From Octopus bimaculoides (Eukaryota): a DNA stretch of 39,292 bases. Shown in pieces: positions 1 through 11,292 of the stretch; position 1 is the stretch's first letter; the number at the start of each line of letters is the position of its first letter. The stretch spans positions 41,522,706-41,561,997 of the forward strand of contig NC_068994.1 of the NCBI RefSeq assembly GCF_001194135.2. The letters run 5' to 3'. Made by a program: the position numbers and the translations under genes. The notes under the pieces were generated by a model. It worked only from the letters and a program-made list of their open reading frames with translations, did no database searches and had not been told where the DNA came from.

Positions 1-100
1 TATATATATATATATATATATAGATAGATAGATAGAATGATAGATAGATAGATAGAATGATAGATAGATAGATAGACAGAAATATAGATATATATATATA
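1..100. repeat. (TA)n/(GATA)n compound microsatellite
   Basis: Visible tandem TA and GATA units. Confidence 0.95.
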
Positions 101-118
101 CGTGTATGTACATGCTTG

Positions 119-345
119 GAGGCATGTGGCTTAGAGATTAATGTCTTGCAGTCATGATTGTAAGATTGTGGTTTCAATCCTTGGACCTAATAATGCATTC
201 TGTTCTTGAGCAAGACACTTCATTTCACATAGCTCCAGGACACTCAACTGGCAAAAATGAATAATCCTGCAATGAGTTAGCATCCCATCCAGCAGAGATG
301 TAACACCACAGAATCCAAGGAGCCAGCCCTGTGACCCTAGGACAC
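119..345 (+). mobile_element. Old tRNA-derived SINE (family with 'gagcaagacacttcatttcac' body)
   Basis: Degenerate A-box 'gtggcttagagatt' and B-box 'ggtttcaatcc', then the body shared with the reverse copy at 9375-9606. Boundaries approximate. Confidence 0.65.
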
Positions 346-576
346 AAGAAGAACCACTGATTTCTTTCTGATATGTACATGCATTAAGCTCATCCTGTTC
401 TCCTTTATATCAAATATTTCTATTTCTGAATAGAAAAGAATAGTGAACACACATTGTTCTGTGTTAAGCTGTGTGTGTATGTGTGTGTGTGGCTTAGTTT
501 TGGTCAGTGGTGCCAGTAGATAGGTGTTGGAACTGGATGAACAGAATCACTGTATCACAGAGATAACCTTATTGTA

Positions 577-584
577 GTAGTAGT

Positions 585-616
<32 letters not shown>

Positions 617-652
617 TAGTGTTTGTTGTTGTGGTGGCAGTGGTGGTGGTTT
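577..652. repeat. (TAG)n/(CAG)n/(GTG)n trinucleotide run
   Basis: Visible tandem triplets. Confidence 0.9.
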
Positions 653-779
653 TGGCAGCTAGAACTGTTGATAGGTAATTTAGATGTAGTCTAATGTGAT
701 GTCTAGCACAACTAATGATTTGATTAGGAGGAGGAAGTCGATGATGAAGATAGAAGACAGACAGGCAAATAATGAGGAG

Positions 780-1465
780 GAGAATGCGGTGGTGGTGGCG
801 GTGGTGGGTAGAGGAGGAGGAAGAAGGAGAAGAAGAAGAAGAAGAAGAAGAAGAAGCAGAAGAAGAAGGTGGTTATGGTGGTGATGATGATGGTGATGAT
901 AAGGATAATGATTGCGATGATGAGGTTGATGACGATGATGATGATGATGATGGTGATGATGTCGATGATGGTGGTGGAGGGTGGAGGAGGAGGAAGAAGA
1001 AGAAGAAGAAAAAGAAGAAGAAGAAGAAGAAGAAGAAGAAGGTGGTTATGGTGGTGATGATGATGGTGATGATAAAGATAATGATTGTGATGATGAGGTT
1101 GACGACGATGATGACGATGATGGTGATGATGTCGATGATGGTGGTGGTGGGTGGAGGAGGAGGAGAAGAAGAAGAAGAAGAAGGTGGTTATGGTGGTGAT
1201 GATGATGGTGATGATAAAGATAATGATTGTGATAATGAGGTTGACGACGATGATGATGATGATGGTGATGATGTCGATGATGGTGGTGGTGGGTGGAGGA
1301 GGAGGAGGAGAAGAAGAAGAAGAAGAAGGTGGTTATGGTGGTGATGATGATGGTGATGATAAAGATAATGATTGCGATGATGAGGTTGACGATGATAGTG
1401 ATGATGATGATGATGATAATGGTGATGATGTCGATGATGGTGGTGGTGGTGGTGGTGGTGATGTT
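780..1465. repeat. Higher-order tandem repeat built of GAA/GAT/GGT/GAG triplets, 4 units
   Basis: Anchor 'ggtggttatggtggtgatgatgatggtgatgataa' recurs at 868, 1041, 1183 and 1328 (periods 173, 142, 145). Confidence 0.9.
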
Positions 1466-2034
1466 CCTGCTGTTACTGTTGATGATGACGAAGATGGTGT
1501 CGGCATTGTCAGTAGTTTTTATTACTATGTTTTCACCATTCTTCTATTTTGATGAACTTGTATTTGAGCAGAGCAGGCGATGATGACGACAGTGTTGGAA
1601 ATAGCGGTGGAGAAAAGTTTGGCGGTGGTGGTGGTGGGGGTGGTTGTGATGACGATAAGTCGTGAAGATAATAATGGTAGAGAGGTGGGGTGGAGGAAGA
1701 CAGAATAAAAATAAAACAAAAAAATACAAATAACCAAGAAAGAAAATGTACAAAAAAAGTAAGATTTTCTGTATAACTGTGGTTGATTTTGTAGATATAT
1801 NNNNNNNNNNTGAGTGTAATGTGATTGTGGGTGGATATAGTTTGTGTGTGTGTGTGTATTTGTGTATTAGTTATGTAGTGTATACGTGTATGTGTTTCAG
1901 TGGGGCGGTAAAGGTGTTAGGGTGATCAGTAAGTAGACATGACTTGGTGATAAACTACTAATGGATACTAAATGATGAAGAAATGAAATATCTATTAGAT
2001 GAGTGATGAAGCAGTTTGGATTGTAGATCAACAT

Positions 2035-2035
<1 letters not shown>

Positions 2036-2087
<52 letters not shown>

Positions 2088-2103
2088 AGAGAGAGAGAGA
2101 GAA
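2036..2103. repeat. (GA)n microsatellite
   Basis: Visible tandem GA. Confidence 0.95.
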
Positions 2104-2797
2104 AGGTGAGGAGAAAAAGGGAGTGAAAATGAGAAATACGCACACACACACACATATATATACATATACATATATATATGTATGTATCTAGCTATTTATC
2201 TATCTATCTAATCTATCTATCTATATTATATGTGTCTCTGTGTGTTTGAGAGTATATCCACTGGTAATGCCTCAGCATGGCCACAGCCTCAGGGCTAAAA
2301 CNNNNNNNNNNNNNNNNNNNNNNNNNNNNNNNNNNNNNNNNNNNNNNNNNNNNNNNNNNNNNNNNNNNNNNNNNNNNNNNNNNNNNNNNNNNNNNNNNNN
2401 NNNNNNNNNNNNNNNNNNNNNNNNNNNNNNNNNNNNNNNNNNNNNNNNNNNNNNNNNNNNNNNNNNNNNNNNNNNNNNNNNNNNNNNNNNNNNNNNNNNN
2501 NNNNNNNNNNNNNNNNNNNNNNNNNNNNNNNNNNNNNNNNNNNNNNNNNNNNNNNNNNNNNNNNNNNNNNNNNNNNNNNNNNNNNNNNNNNNNNNNNNNN
2601 NNNNNNNNNNNNNNNNNNNNNNNNNNNNNNNNNNNNNNNNNNNNNNNNNNNNNNNNNNNNNNNNNNNNNNNNNNNNNNNNNNNNNNNNNNNNNNNNNNNN
2701 NNNNNNNNNNNNNNNNNNNNNNNNNNNNNNNNNNNNNNNNNNNNNNNNNNNNNNNNNNNNNNNNNNNNNNNNNATAATAATAATAATAATAATAATA

Positions 2798-2970
2798 ATA
2801 ATATTAGGGATAAAAATCCAAATTTACAGGTAAAAACTCAATTAAATTCAATTTATTAAAAATTTAAATTAAATTAATTTTCCCAGTATACATGACTGTG
2901 GATTTTCATGGATTAGTTCATGAACTTTGGTTCTTTTCTCTAAAACTATATATATATAAGTATATATACA
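2798..2970. mobile_element. Fragment of the same putative Penelope-like pLTR family as 11069-11557, with an internally inverted segment
   Basis: 2798-2890 matches the reverse complement of about 11465-11557. 2891-2955 ('catgactgtggattttcat...ctaaaactatatat') matches 11395-11458 in direct orientation. Confidence 0.7.
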
Positions 2971-3197
2971 ATAAGTCTGAACATCATGAAGGTAGCTCTA
3001 GCTTTTTCAATCCTTGTTTTTTTTATGTCCTGATCTGTCCTGCTCTTTGTATTGGTGACACTTCCCAGACATACTCTGGAGTATAATGCCCATCAATTAA
3101 GACGGGGGAATTATAAGTGCCAATGCCCCAGGTTAGGATTGGATTAAGACCCGTAGAGGCTCTAAGCATTTAAAAGAATTTGTTGCTCCCATATATG

Positions 3198-3405
3198 TAC
3201 GAGAGGGTGCTGAAATATTCCTGGCTTTGGGTAAAAGAAAATACAGGAGGATCAGTTAATTATGATTTTATTCAACATGTTCCCCTCTCAGATTCACACT
3301 TATTGCAGCAGTCCTTCAATTTTTCTAAGCCCTGTAAAAGAACTTGGAAGGTTGGGCCCCCAGCTAGGCCTTTGTGATACCCTTAAAGCCAGGGACTTTT
3401 CAGTA
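3198..3405. mobile_element. Mariner-like MITE nested in the hAT element
   Basis: Starts 'ta cgagagggtgctgaaatattcctggc' and ends 'gccagggacttttcagta'. Homologous copies at 21415-21635 and 21897-22120. Confidence 0.8.
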
Positions 3406-3529
3406 ATTTAAATATTAACAATAATAAACCATGAAATAACCTTCCATTTTTCAAAATGAAGCAAAACTAACAGTAAATTGGAAAATAATATTCATTTTTG
3501 TATACTTCCAGTAAATATTTGAAAAGTCT

Positions 3530-3610
3530 TCACCTACATTTTTTAATTGCAAAGTCTTTGATCAGTTCCTCAAAATTAGCCTTACATAACACATCTGCTT
3601 CTATACTTAG
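3530..3610 (-). pseudogene. hAT transposase C-terminal dimerisation-domain relic
   Basis: Translates LSIEADVLCKANFEELIKDFAIKKCR*, matching the LSIE...d.dli..FA.kK.R pattern at hAT transposase C-termini. Stops lie immediately up- and downstream. Confidence 0.7.
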
Positions 3611-4098
3611 TAGAGCTTAGGCATACTGAATATTATTTTAGCAATTTCAAAGTGACATTTTGTGCTGTTAGCCATTTGCCACATCTGTCGTGCCCTCTAT
3701 CCTTTGATGCCTCTAAGCACATGCTTATTTTACTTAATGGTTAATCTAGAGCTGCCCAAGCTACTGAGAACCCTTGTTCTAACAATGCATAGAAGAAGAT
3801 GAATTTGATGTTCTAGAAATACCCCTTTGTCTATGGTTTATTATGAAATCTGTTCTCTGTAGAAGTATGTTTTGTTAGTGTTTTCTTCTTAAGAAATCTT
3901 GAAAATATTTCATCAACATGTTCACCAATAGTTATTGATGATACAGTAGTAAACATTTAAGCATAGAATAGATGTTATTAAGATCTCAGTGAATAAGTTA
4001 CAATAGTGATCAGGGAAGCAAATCTGAAAATCAATGAACTGAAGAACATAAAATGTACTACAATAAAATATAACAAGGTAATATCAATGGATTGGTGA

Positions 4099-4134
4099 AT
4101 GGATGGATGGATGGATGGATGGATGGATGGATGG
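4099..4134. repeat. (ATGG)n microsatellite
   Basis: Visible tandem units. Confidence 0.95.
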
Positions 4135-5501
4135 AAGGTCATGCATGAATGAAGGTAGTTTTTGAATTCAAGAATATGTCATTGACACAAAAATGGATGC
4201 ACATTAGTGAAGAGTGAGGAAAGACACCCCAGTGATTAATAAAGATAAGAAGTATGATACGAACTAACAAGAAAGACACTACAGGACCACTTGTCATGCT
4301 AGAAATAACAACAAAAACAGTATTGATGTTGTTCAACAGTCCTTTAGTCAATTCTGATCAGTTAAACCAATTATAAAAAATCCTGCTAGTCACAAACATC
4401 CCATCTTACAGGGAAAAATTAACAGTACATTGTGTGCTGTGTACTTCCATTTTTAAGACAGCAAAGTGTAATTTGAGTGATTACTTGGCTGCTATTTCTA
4501 GCAGGTTGACTGACCATGTCAAGGCACCCAAGCTTTATTTCCCCATGATACCTATTCACAATTATATGGATTAGGTCATTTGAAAATTAAGCACCTTGGC
4601 TGTGCACACAGTTCAGTGACCCTTTTATACAGCAGTCAGAACATCATATCAACTCAACTTGCTTTATCTTTTCAGAAACTAACAGACATTAATCCATTAA
4701 CCCATAAATGTTATCCATAAACCATCAGCCACTATTCATAAACCGCCAGCCACTGCCCATAAACTACCAACTACTACCCCACAAATCAACTACCATTACC
4801 CTGGATGTAGCAGTCATTATACATAAAGCAATAAGCATCACACATAAACTTAATGGACATTATTTACATTCAGGACTCTCTCTATAAAAACATACTGTCA
4901 CTACTAATAAACCAAGAAGCATTAGCTAAAAGTAGGCTTAGCATATGCCTTGGGGATAGAAAGAGACAATTCTGATTTGAAGCTTTTGTTCTAAGTATGA
5001 GTCAACTGGTACGTTTCTGCCAAGAGACAGACATTCAAAGATATTAACTAAAGAACATTGTCAGGGTGGGATGAGGGTGGGGTGAGGCGAGGAGAAAGAA
5101 GTTTTGGAAACTTTCTGAGAAATCTTATTCTATATTTCAATATTTTGGGAACATAGGAAATATTATTTTAATCATGAGTGTATACACATCTTGAATGTTT
5201 ACTAGACAACCTGAAATAAGGAGCTAATAAACTGTCAGCAACGTTTAAGAGACAGGAATATGATTAGCTATTGAAAGAAAGGCAGAAAAGACAAAAGGTG
5301 ATACTGAGTAGAGGGAGAAAATAGGGAAGTAAGCAGGGACAAAATAAAGTATTTCTATAGTAAATGGTTTCTTTATATTAAGGATGAAACATTGCTGCTG
5401 TCATCAATATCATCACCACTATCATCGTTATTTCCACCACCACCACTATCACCATCACCACCACAATTATTTTTACACTTTCCTTTCTTGCTTGGGTTAG
5501 G

Positions 5502-5758
5502 TTGTGTTTCTCAACTGTTCTTTTACCTACAGACCCCTTTGATTCCTATTTTACACAGGTAGACTCTCATTGCCACTCAATGTTTGTAAAAATCCTATTA
5601 TGTTTTTATAATTAAATATTATTCAAAAGTATATAAAAAAATTTTTTTTAATATTTTGTGCATTGTAGAAGTATAACCAATTAATTGCATATAAAGTCTA
5701 ACAACAAAATCTTATTTGGATCCCCAAGGGCCATATGGATCCTAATTGAGACCCACTG
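5502..5758. mobile_element. hAT-like MITE with CAGTGGTTCTCAAC-type TIRs
   Basis: Left end 'ttgtgtttctcaac', right end 'attgagacccactg'. Halves of the same family occur at 9925-10043 and 36446-36580. No clear TSD. Confidence 0.65.
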
Positions 5759-5980
5759 GGTAAGATGGATCACAGTGTCTCACCATTTTTTTGCTTTTGT
5801 GTTGCTAAATTCTTAAAGGAACCCATCACCAACTCTCACCTTGCTGATAGTGTTGGGTTTTTTTCATGATCTTTTATGGAAAATACCAATCTACTACAAT
5901 ATCTTAACTATACTTCAGTAAAGAGGTTTGATAATACTAAAGCATGTCCTGATTTGTCCCCATGTTTGTGAAAGATATGA

Positions 5981-6197
5981 TTAACCCTTTTGTTTCCGTA
6001 ATTTCTACTGAAACACATTGCCTTTGTTTCAATAGATTTTGAAAATAAGAATTTAATAAAATAACCTTGTCATTATTAAGCTGATATTTATAACATAAAT
6101 CAATAGGAAATTTTGATGGAAGGTTTCATTTTAGATCACTTTAAAATAAAATGTTTGTGCCGCAGAACTAGAGGTAAGTTGGTATGAAAGAGGTTAA
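5981..6197. mobile_element. piggyBac-like MITE
   Basis: TTAA at 5981-5984 followed by CCCTTTT; ends 'gaaagagg' followed by TTAA at 6194-6197. Confidence 0.6.
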
Positions 6198-7589
6198 ATT
6201 AATATTAATCATTGAGCTAACATTTTCTATACCTTTATTGCATGCATAATGCTAATTTTAGCTAAGTGAAAGTTTAGAGTTGCCTTCTCTACAAACCTTG
6301 GTCAGATTTAAGCACTGAACTTATGTTTTCCTCTGGTTGCAAGGGCAATCTTGATTAATTAAATTTCTTTTTGCTCACAACTTTACTTATGTCAGCCCTA
6401 ATTTGACTATTTTTGTTCAAAAAACCTTGTTTAATTTCTTTTGTTGTTATATTATGTTCTCCCCTCCAAAATATGTACATCATTAAATATCGGCATAATA
6501 GTTCTATTATCATCACTCTAACAACTACAGAGAGGACACTGAAACATGCTCTGGAATTGTCACCATGCTTTCGAAATATTAATATTAATTTCTCTGAGCT
6601 GCTTTTTCTCTCGGTGCATGAGGTTTCAGTTTGTTTTTTTTTAGCATTACATATGTTATAATTGACTTGGCTGATTCTAAAGAGCTAGTCAAAAAATACT
6701 TCCATCCTGAACAGTTACTGATCTTTTATGAATCTCAAGTGTAACTCACATGGGGAGTCTATTACTCATCTATCTCGTCAGTGGATCCCTCATATGCCCA
6801 AACACACACACACACACACAGACATACAAACATCCAAAAGAAGATCATTCAAATGATTAACAAAGCTTCATTCTTCATCACATTAAAACCACTACATCAC
6901 AGACATACAGTTTCCACTTTGTATCTATTCAAACACTTACTTCAAAGACTTCTGTCCTTCTGAACTAACAAGCTGTATCAACCCAATGTCCCCATATTTA
7001 TTCCATTCTTCAGTACAAATGTTAGTTCACTCACACAACACAACACAAAAGCCAGAATACAAAGATGAAATTTATTATTTTTCTAAATATGTTTCTGAAA
7101 TAAAAATTAAAAACTAATGATCTATTTGATATTTGTAAGTAGCAAAATTAATGAATATATATTCTGTATTATGATATATGAATGATTAAATATTATTTCA
7201 TAATTTCATTTTCTATTTGACATTTCTGATATTGCAAGTTACATCAACTTTTTATGAAGTTATGAAATTGTCACGTGAAACAAAGGGCTATATTTGTTGC
7301 TATACATATAATGGATTGATATGCAGGAAGATATCGAACTCAGTTAAATGTATCTGTCTATATTGTCCAAAATGCTTTTATTTTAGTTTCATCAGGTACA
7401 AATCATTTGTTGATTAGCAGACATTATGCTGTAAATCTTTTTGTATGATTCACACTGATTGTATGATTCATTGTCAATGTGTTGCACCCCTCTTTACATC
7501 TGGTGGTACCATACTAACCAAGTTTCCAGAAGCATTAGAATATAACACTGAGACAATAAGACATTGATAATAAAAATCTTTGATTCTAT

Positions 7590-8500
7590 TTGCATCATGT
7601 CCAGCAAAAGCCAAGGATGTCATGAAAGAACTTCTAAGATTTCCTACAATCTTTAAACAAAAAAAAGGAAAAAAAAAACATTTAAAAAAAATGAACTAAA
7701 GATAATTGGTTTAACCCTTTAGCATATCTGACCCAAATATTCCACCTGTTTTATGTTCAAGCCAGCCAGACCTGGCCTCTCATATCTAACCTACAATGTC
7801 ACTCTAACAATAAATAATCACATCATTGAACTCATAAAGCTATAAGATAATGCATGATTAATTCAAGAGTGTAAATGAATAAGCATTATATTTGACAAAG
7901 TAATCTCAATGTAATGCTAAAGGGTTTAGAGTCTTCTATAAGATTTAATAAGCAATTTACATCAAATGCTTTCTTAGTTTGTTGTCCATCAAGCTCAATA
8001 CATAATCCTAGGTGTAAACTTGTTAGACCTAAGCAATGTTCAGCCATTATGATGTGGGTAGACATTTCTCCAATGGGAAGAAATGGTATTTGGACACTGT
8101 TTCAATGCACAACCGTATACTCTAAAATTTATCTGACTGTTCATAAGTTACCTACTGATCTGTGCTAGGATAATTTCAGTATATTCCAACATGATGATGT
8201 AATCCTGTCATTCAAAATGTGTGAAAGTCAGGCAAACAGCTGATGGTGTTACTTTATTGGGTAAATGATCAGGATCATCTCTTGACCTGAACCTCATAAA
8301 AAAAGGCATAGGGTAATATACAAAAGAAAATTGCAGCTGCAAATGCTTTGTTAGTTTCTTATTTAAAAGAGAAGATACTGCAAATATAGCCATAGGAGGT
8401 TGGTCAGGACCTGTATCAAACACTGTTGCAGTTAGACAGAACTTCGAGCCATCCCTACCACACAGGTCCAAAACATATTGGGAGTCAATGGATAACTAAC
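7590..8500 (+). pseudogene. Decayed Tc1-family (DD34E) transposase
   Basis: Across frameshifts it reads *TKDNW (before the MITE), PRCKLVRPKQCSAIMMWVDISPMGRNGIW, FQHD (8184-8195), CH, *SGSSLDLNLI (8265-8298, cf. WPxNSPDLNPIE) and PTQVQNILGVNG*LT (cf. MPxRxxAVIxAxGxxT). 34 residues separate the second D from the E position. Many stops. Confidence 0.85.
7711..7928. mobile_element. piggyBac-like MITE inserted into the Tc1 relic
   Basis: TTAA (7711-7714), perfect 11-bp TIRs CCCTTTAGCAT (7715-7725) and ATGCTAAAGGG (7914-7924), then TTTA as a degenerate TSD. Confidence 0.85.
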
Positions 8501-9374
8501 GTTTGTTACAGTCATCATCTGGGTTCCATTCCCAAGAAACAAAAGAATTTTTTCAGTCCATGTTTCTTGAAATTCACCACTTATATGGTAACTTTCTTTT
8601 GACTTCTTTGATACCAACTCACCTGAAACTACTCCTGGTTTTATAATATGAACTTTCTGTTTAAGAGTAATCTATATTAAAGCTGCCATCAAAATTTCAT
8701 GTTAATTTATGTTCTAAATACCAGCTTAATAACTACAAAGTTATTTCATAATGTTCATCATTCTTATCAAAAATAATTGAAATAAAAGCAGAATATTTCA
8801 AAAGAATTCTGGTAACAAGAGTGTTAAACAACAGTGATATTGAATTATTATTTTTTTCCTTTTTCTTAATCATGATTTCCCTCATAAAATTCTGTAGAGA
8901 TGTAAATCTGTAGAATCTAGAGAATCCACAAAACTAGGCTTTTACTATTTTTAACCAAGCATACAGGACAAGAAGTTGCTGTTCTAAAATACCACTTGTT
9001 GAGCATGGCCAAAGTGGCACCAGGTTGACAGAAAACAAACCAGAATACATCATAAGCAGTGACAGCAACACAATAAAGATTAAGGAGATGGCCAATTAAA
9101 TAAGATATTTTTATTTGCATAATCATAACCCTCTGATATACATCTTATACAATTTTAGAAAGACACATTATTGATATCATTAACCCATCCATTTTTCTCT
9201 TCAAATATTACCATGTATTCAAATCACTTTGAGGGAGCCTTTGTATGGATACTTGATCTGCTAAAAATAGTTACCAAATTTTTCTTCAAATCATACCTCT
9301 CCTACCTTGGGAAAAGAAAGAACATTTGACAACATTAGCTTAGTTATGGTTTTGTTAGTCCACATAACTCTTTA

Positions 9375-9606
9375 AGGAGTATAGGGCTGGTTCCCTGGTT
9401 TATTTGGTGTATATATTTCTCCCTGGACAGGACGCTGGTCCATTGTACAATTACTCATTTTCACCAGCTGAGTGAACTGGGGCAATGGAGTGTTTTAAAT
9501 GACATGTTTTACTCAAGGACACACAACACATCACCTGGTTCAAGAATTGAAACCACAATCTTATGATCATGAGTCCAACATCCTAACCATTAAGCTATGC
9601 TCCTCC
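9375..9606 (-). mobile_element. tRNA-derived SINE, same family as 119-345
   Basis: 'ctcaaggacacacaac...gaattgaaaccacaatcttatgatcatgagtccaacatcctaacc' is the reverse complement of a tRNA-like head plus body. Confidence 0.7.
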
Positions 9607-9924
9607 ATTATAATAATAACATAGTTATATATAATCCTGAAGGATGGAATTGTCATGGGGATAATGCATTTAATCATAGATTTGTTCAAAAAAATTTGAG
9701 CTGGGTTTGAAAAGAAAAAACTACATGACCTAATGAGGAAACTACTATAAGATCACAGTTTGTGAGAAATATGCTTGCCTGTGCATGTGTGTGTCTGTGT
9801 GCACACGTGTATGTGTGTGTATATGTACGTGTATGTGGCTATGTTTATGTGTGTATATATATGTATGTCCATGAATGTCTGTGTTTGTATGTTATGATTA
9901 CATATTATTAGAAAATGAATATAA

Positions 9925-10043
9925 AACTTGTTAAAATATTTTGTGTATTGTAGAACTATAGCCAATTTATTGCACACAAACTTTAACAACTAAATCTTAT
10001 ATGGACCCCTAAGGATCATATGGACTCCTGTTGAGAATCACTG
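9925..10043. mobile_element. 3' half of the hAT-like MITE (family of 5502-5758)
   Basis: Ends 'atatggactcctgttgagaatcactg'; aligns by eye to about 5650-5758. Confidence 0.7.
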
Positions 10044-10966
10044 ACTTTGGCTATAGTAGAATATACTCAGTGGAAGTGTTGTGCACTGGAATGACACCTA
10101 CAATCACATGGTTGTGAACACAACTTCTTAACTACATGATCATGCCTGCAGATATTTCTCAATCATCATATGCTTCAAGGATGCATTTCATAGCTGTATT
10201 CCAAAATATTTCATCTTTTGTCACAAAACCTGAAACCATCACTAACCACTTGGAATAACAAATAATAAAAAAAAATGTTTAAATATAATAAAATTCTTAC
10301 CTGATTCTGATTTCTTTCCTGCTTCATATCAGCAAATGTCTTAGTTCCGTCAAATGATATTTCTCAAAGTAGCTTGATATTATGTCAAATTGACGGAGAG
10401 TAGAATTAACTGCTCTCTACTACAACTTCCTTTTTCTTTTCTTTGCATTTCTTTTCCTTTCTTTTCTTTCTGCCTTTCCATCATTCTGAAATTCTTTCTG
10501 TATCGCTTTCGTCTCTCCCAACTCTCTCTGTCTCTCTCTCTGTCTCTCTCTCTTTTCAGTAGATATTATCACTACCATCTGAGAAAATTCGATGAAATTT
10601 GAGAGAAATTATAAGCAAATGTTGTGAACATTCAACCACATGCAGAAATCAAACATGCACTGTAGTATGGTTTTTGCAATTAGAGATAAACAAATAGATA
10701 GACTATAGATTAATGGAAGGCGAGAGACAAAGAGGCAGAGAAAGGGAGAGAAAAGAAAGAAAAAAATGTTGACAAATCAGTTATTTAGACAGGTAATACA
10801 GACAGGCCTCTCTACACATTGACACTTGCAGGTTACTTCCAATAACGTTCTTGTTTGTCTCTAGCTCACATAATTTACTTTCAGATTCTAGCTGTGAATA
10901 GATGCAATGAGACAGTACTACTGACCAATGTAAGCAACACGAGAGTGTATGTACACATACACACAC

Positions 10967-11001
<35 letters not shown>

Positions 11002-11154
11002 TACACATGGGTGTGTATGATTGTGTATAGAAGAATATAATACTAAAAGAAATTCCAACTTTATTTAATTTTCATGCTTTATTTACAATAACATAAATAT
11101 AAAATAATATAATATGATATAATGAAATGATAGAATATTAAATGTCCATTTTGA

Positions 11155-11202
11155 TTTAACTAGTACTTTCATGCATTAAACTATGGAATCTTCAGGTTCA
11201 TG
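11155..11202 (-). ncRNA. Minimal type I hammerhead ribozyme motif (degenerate copy 1)
   Basis: Minus strand reads catgaac-CTGAAGA-t-tccat-agttta-atgca-t-GAAA-GTAC-TA-gttaa. Stem I aac/gtt pairs; stem II has one mismatch. Confidence 0.6.
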
Positions 11203-11244
11203 TAGTAGTGGTGACAGTCATGTTTTACAAATTACAACTTACTT

Positions 11245-11292
11245 CATGAGCCTGAAGATTGTATAGTTTAATGCATGAAAGTACTAAGTCAA
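11245..11292 (+). ncRNA. Minimal type I hammerhead ribozyme motif (degenerate copy 2)
   Basis: catgagc-CTGAAGA(11252-11258)-t-tgtat-agttta-atgca-t-GAAA(11277-11280)-GTAC-TA(11285-11286)-agtca. Stem II pairs 5 bp with one G-U; stem I is damaged at the two inner pairs. Confidence 0.6.

Larger units (their letters stand above)
3134..3754 (-). mobile_element. Non-autonomous hAT transposon (internal deletion derivative)
   Basis: Degenerate TIRs (taggattggattaa at 3134-3147; ttaatctagagctg at 3741-3754). Flanking 8-mers ccccaggt and cccaagct match 6/8 (TSD-like). Contains transposase C-terminal codons. Confidence 0.65.

Noticed and set aside
696-1583. Acidic or basic low-complexity ORFs, e.g. 772-1344 (190 aa)
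   Set aside because: Translations of triplet repeats. Unit lengths are not multiples of 3, so the frame rotates; all frames are open.
4874-4931. Possible plus-strand exon DSLYKNILSLLINQEALAK
   Set aside because: Weak donor (AAA|GTAGGC) and no independent support.
8208-8625. Minus-strand ORFs 8208-8471 and 8432-8617, and a CAG|GTGAG at about 8617-8624
   Set aside because: Largely antisense to the Tc1 relic; no recognisable product.
8878-9110. About 77-codon stop-free plus-strand frame (…TKLGFTIFNQAYRTRSCCSK…)
   Set aside because: No ATG, weak splice signals and no recognisable motif. Frames of this length are expected by chance in 39 kb.
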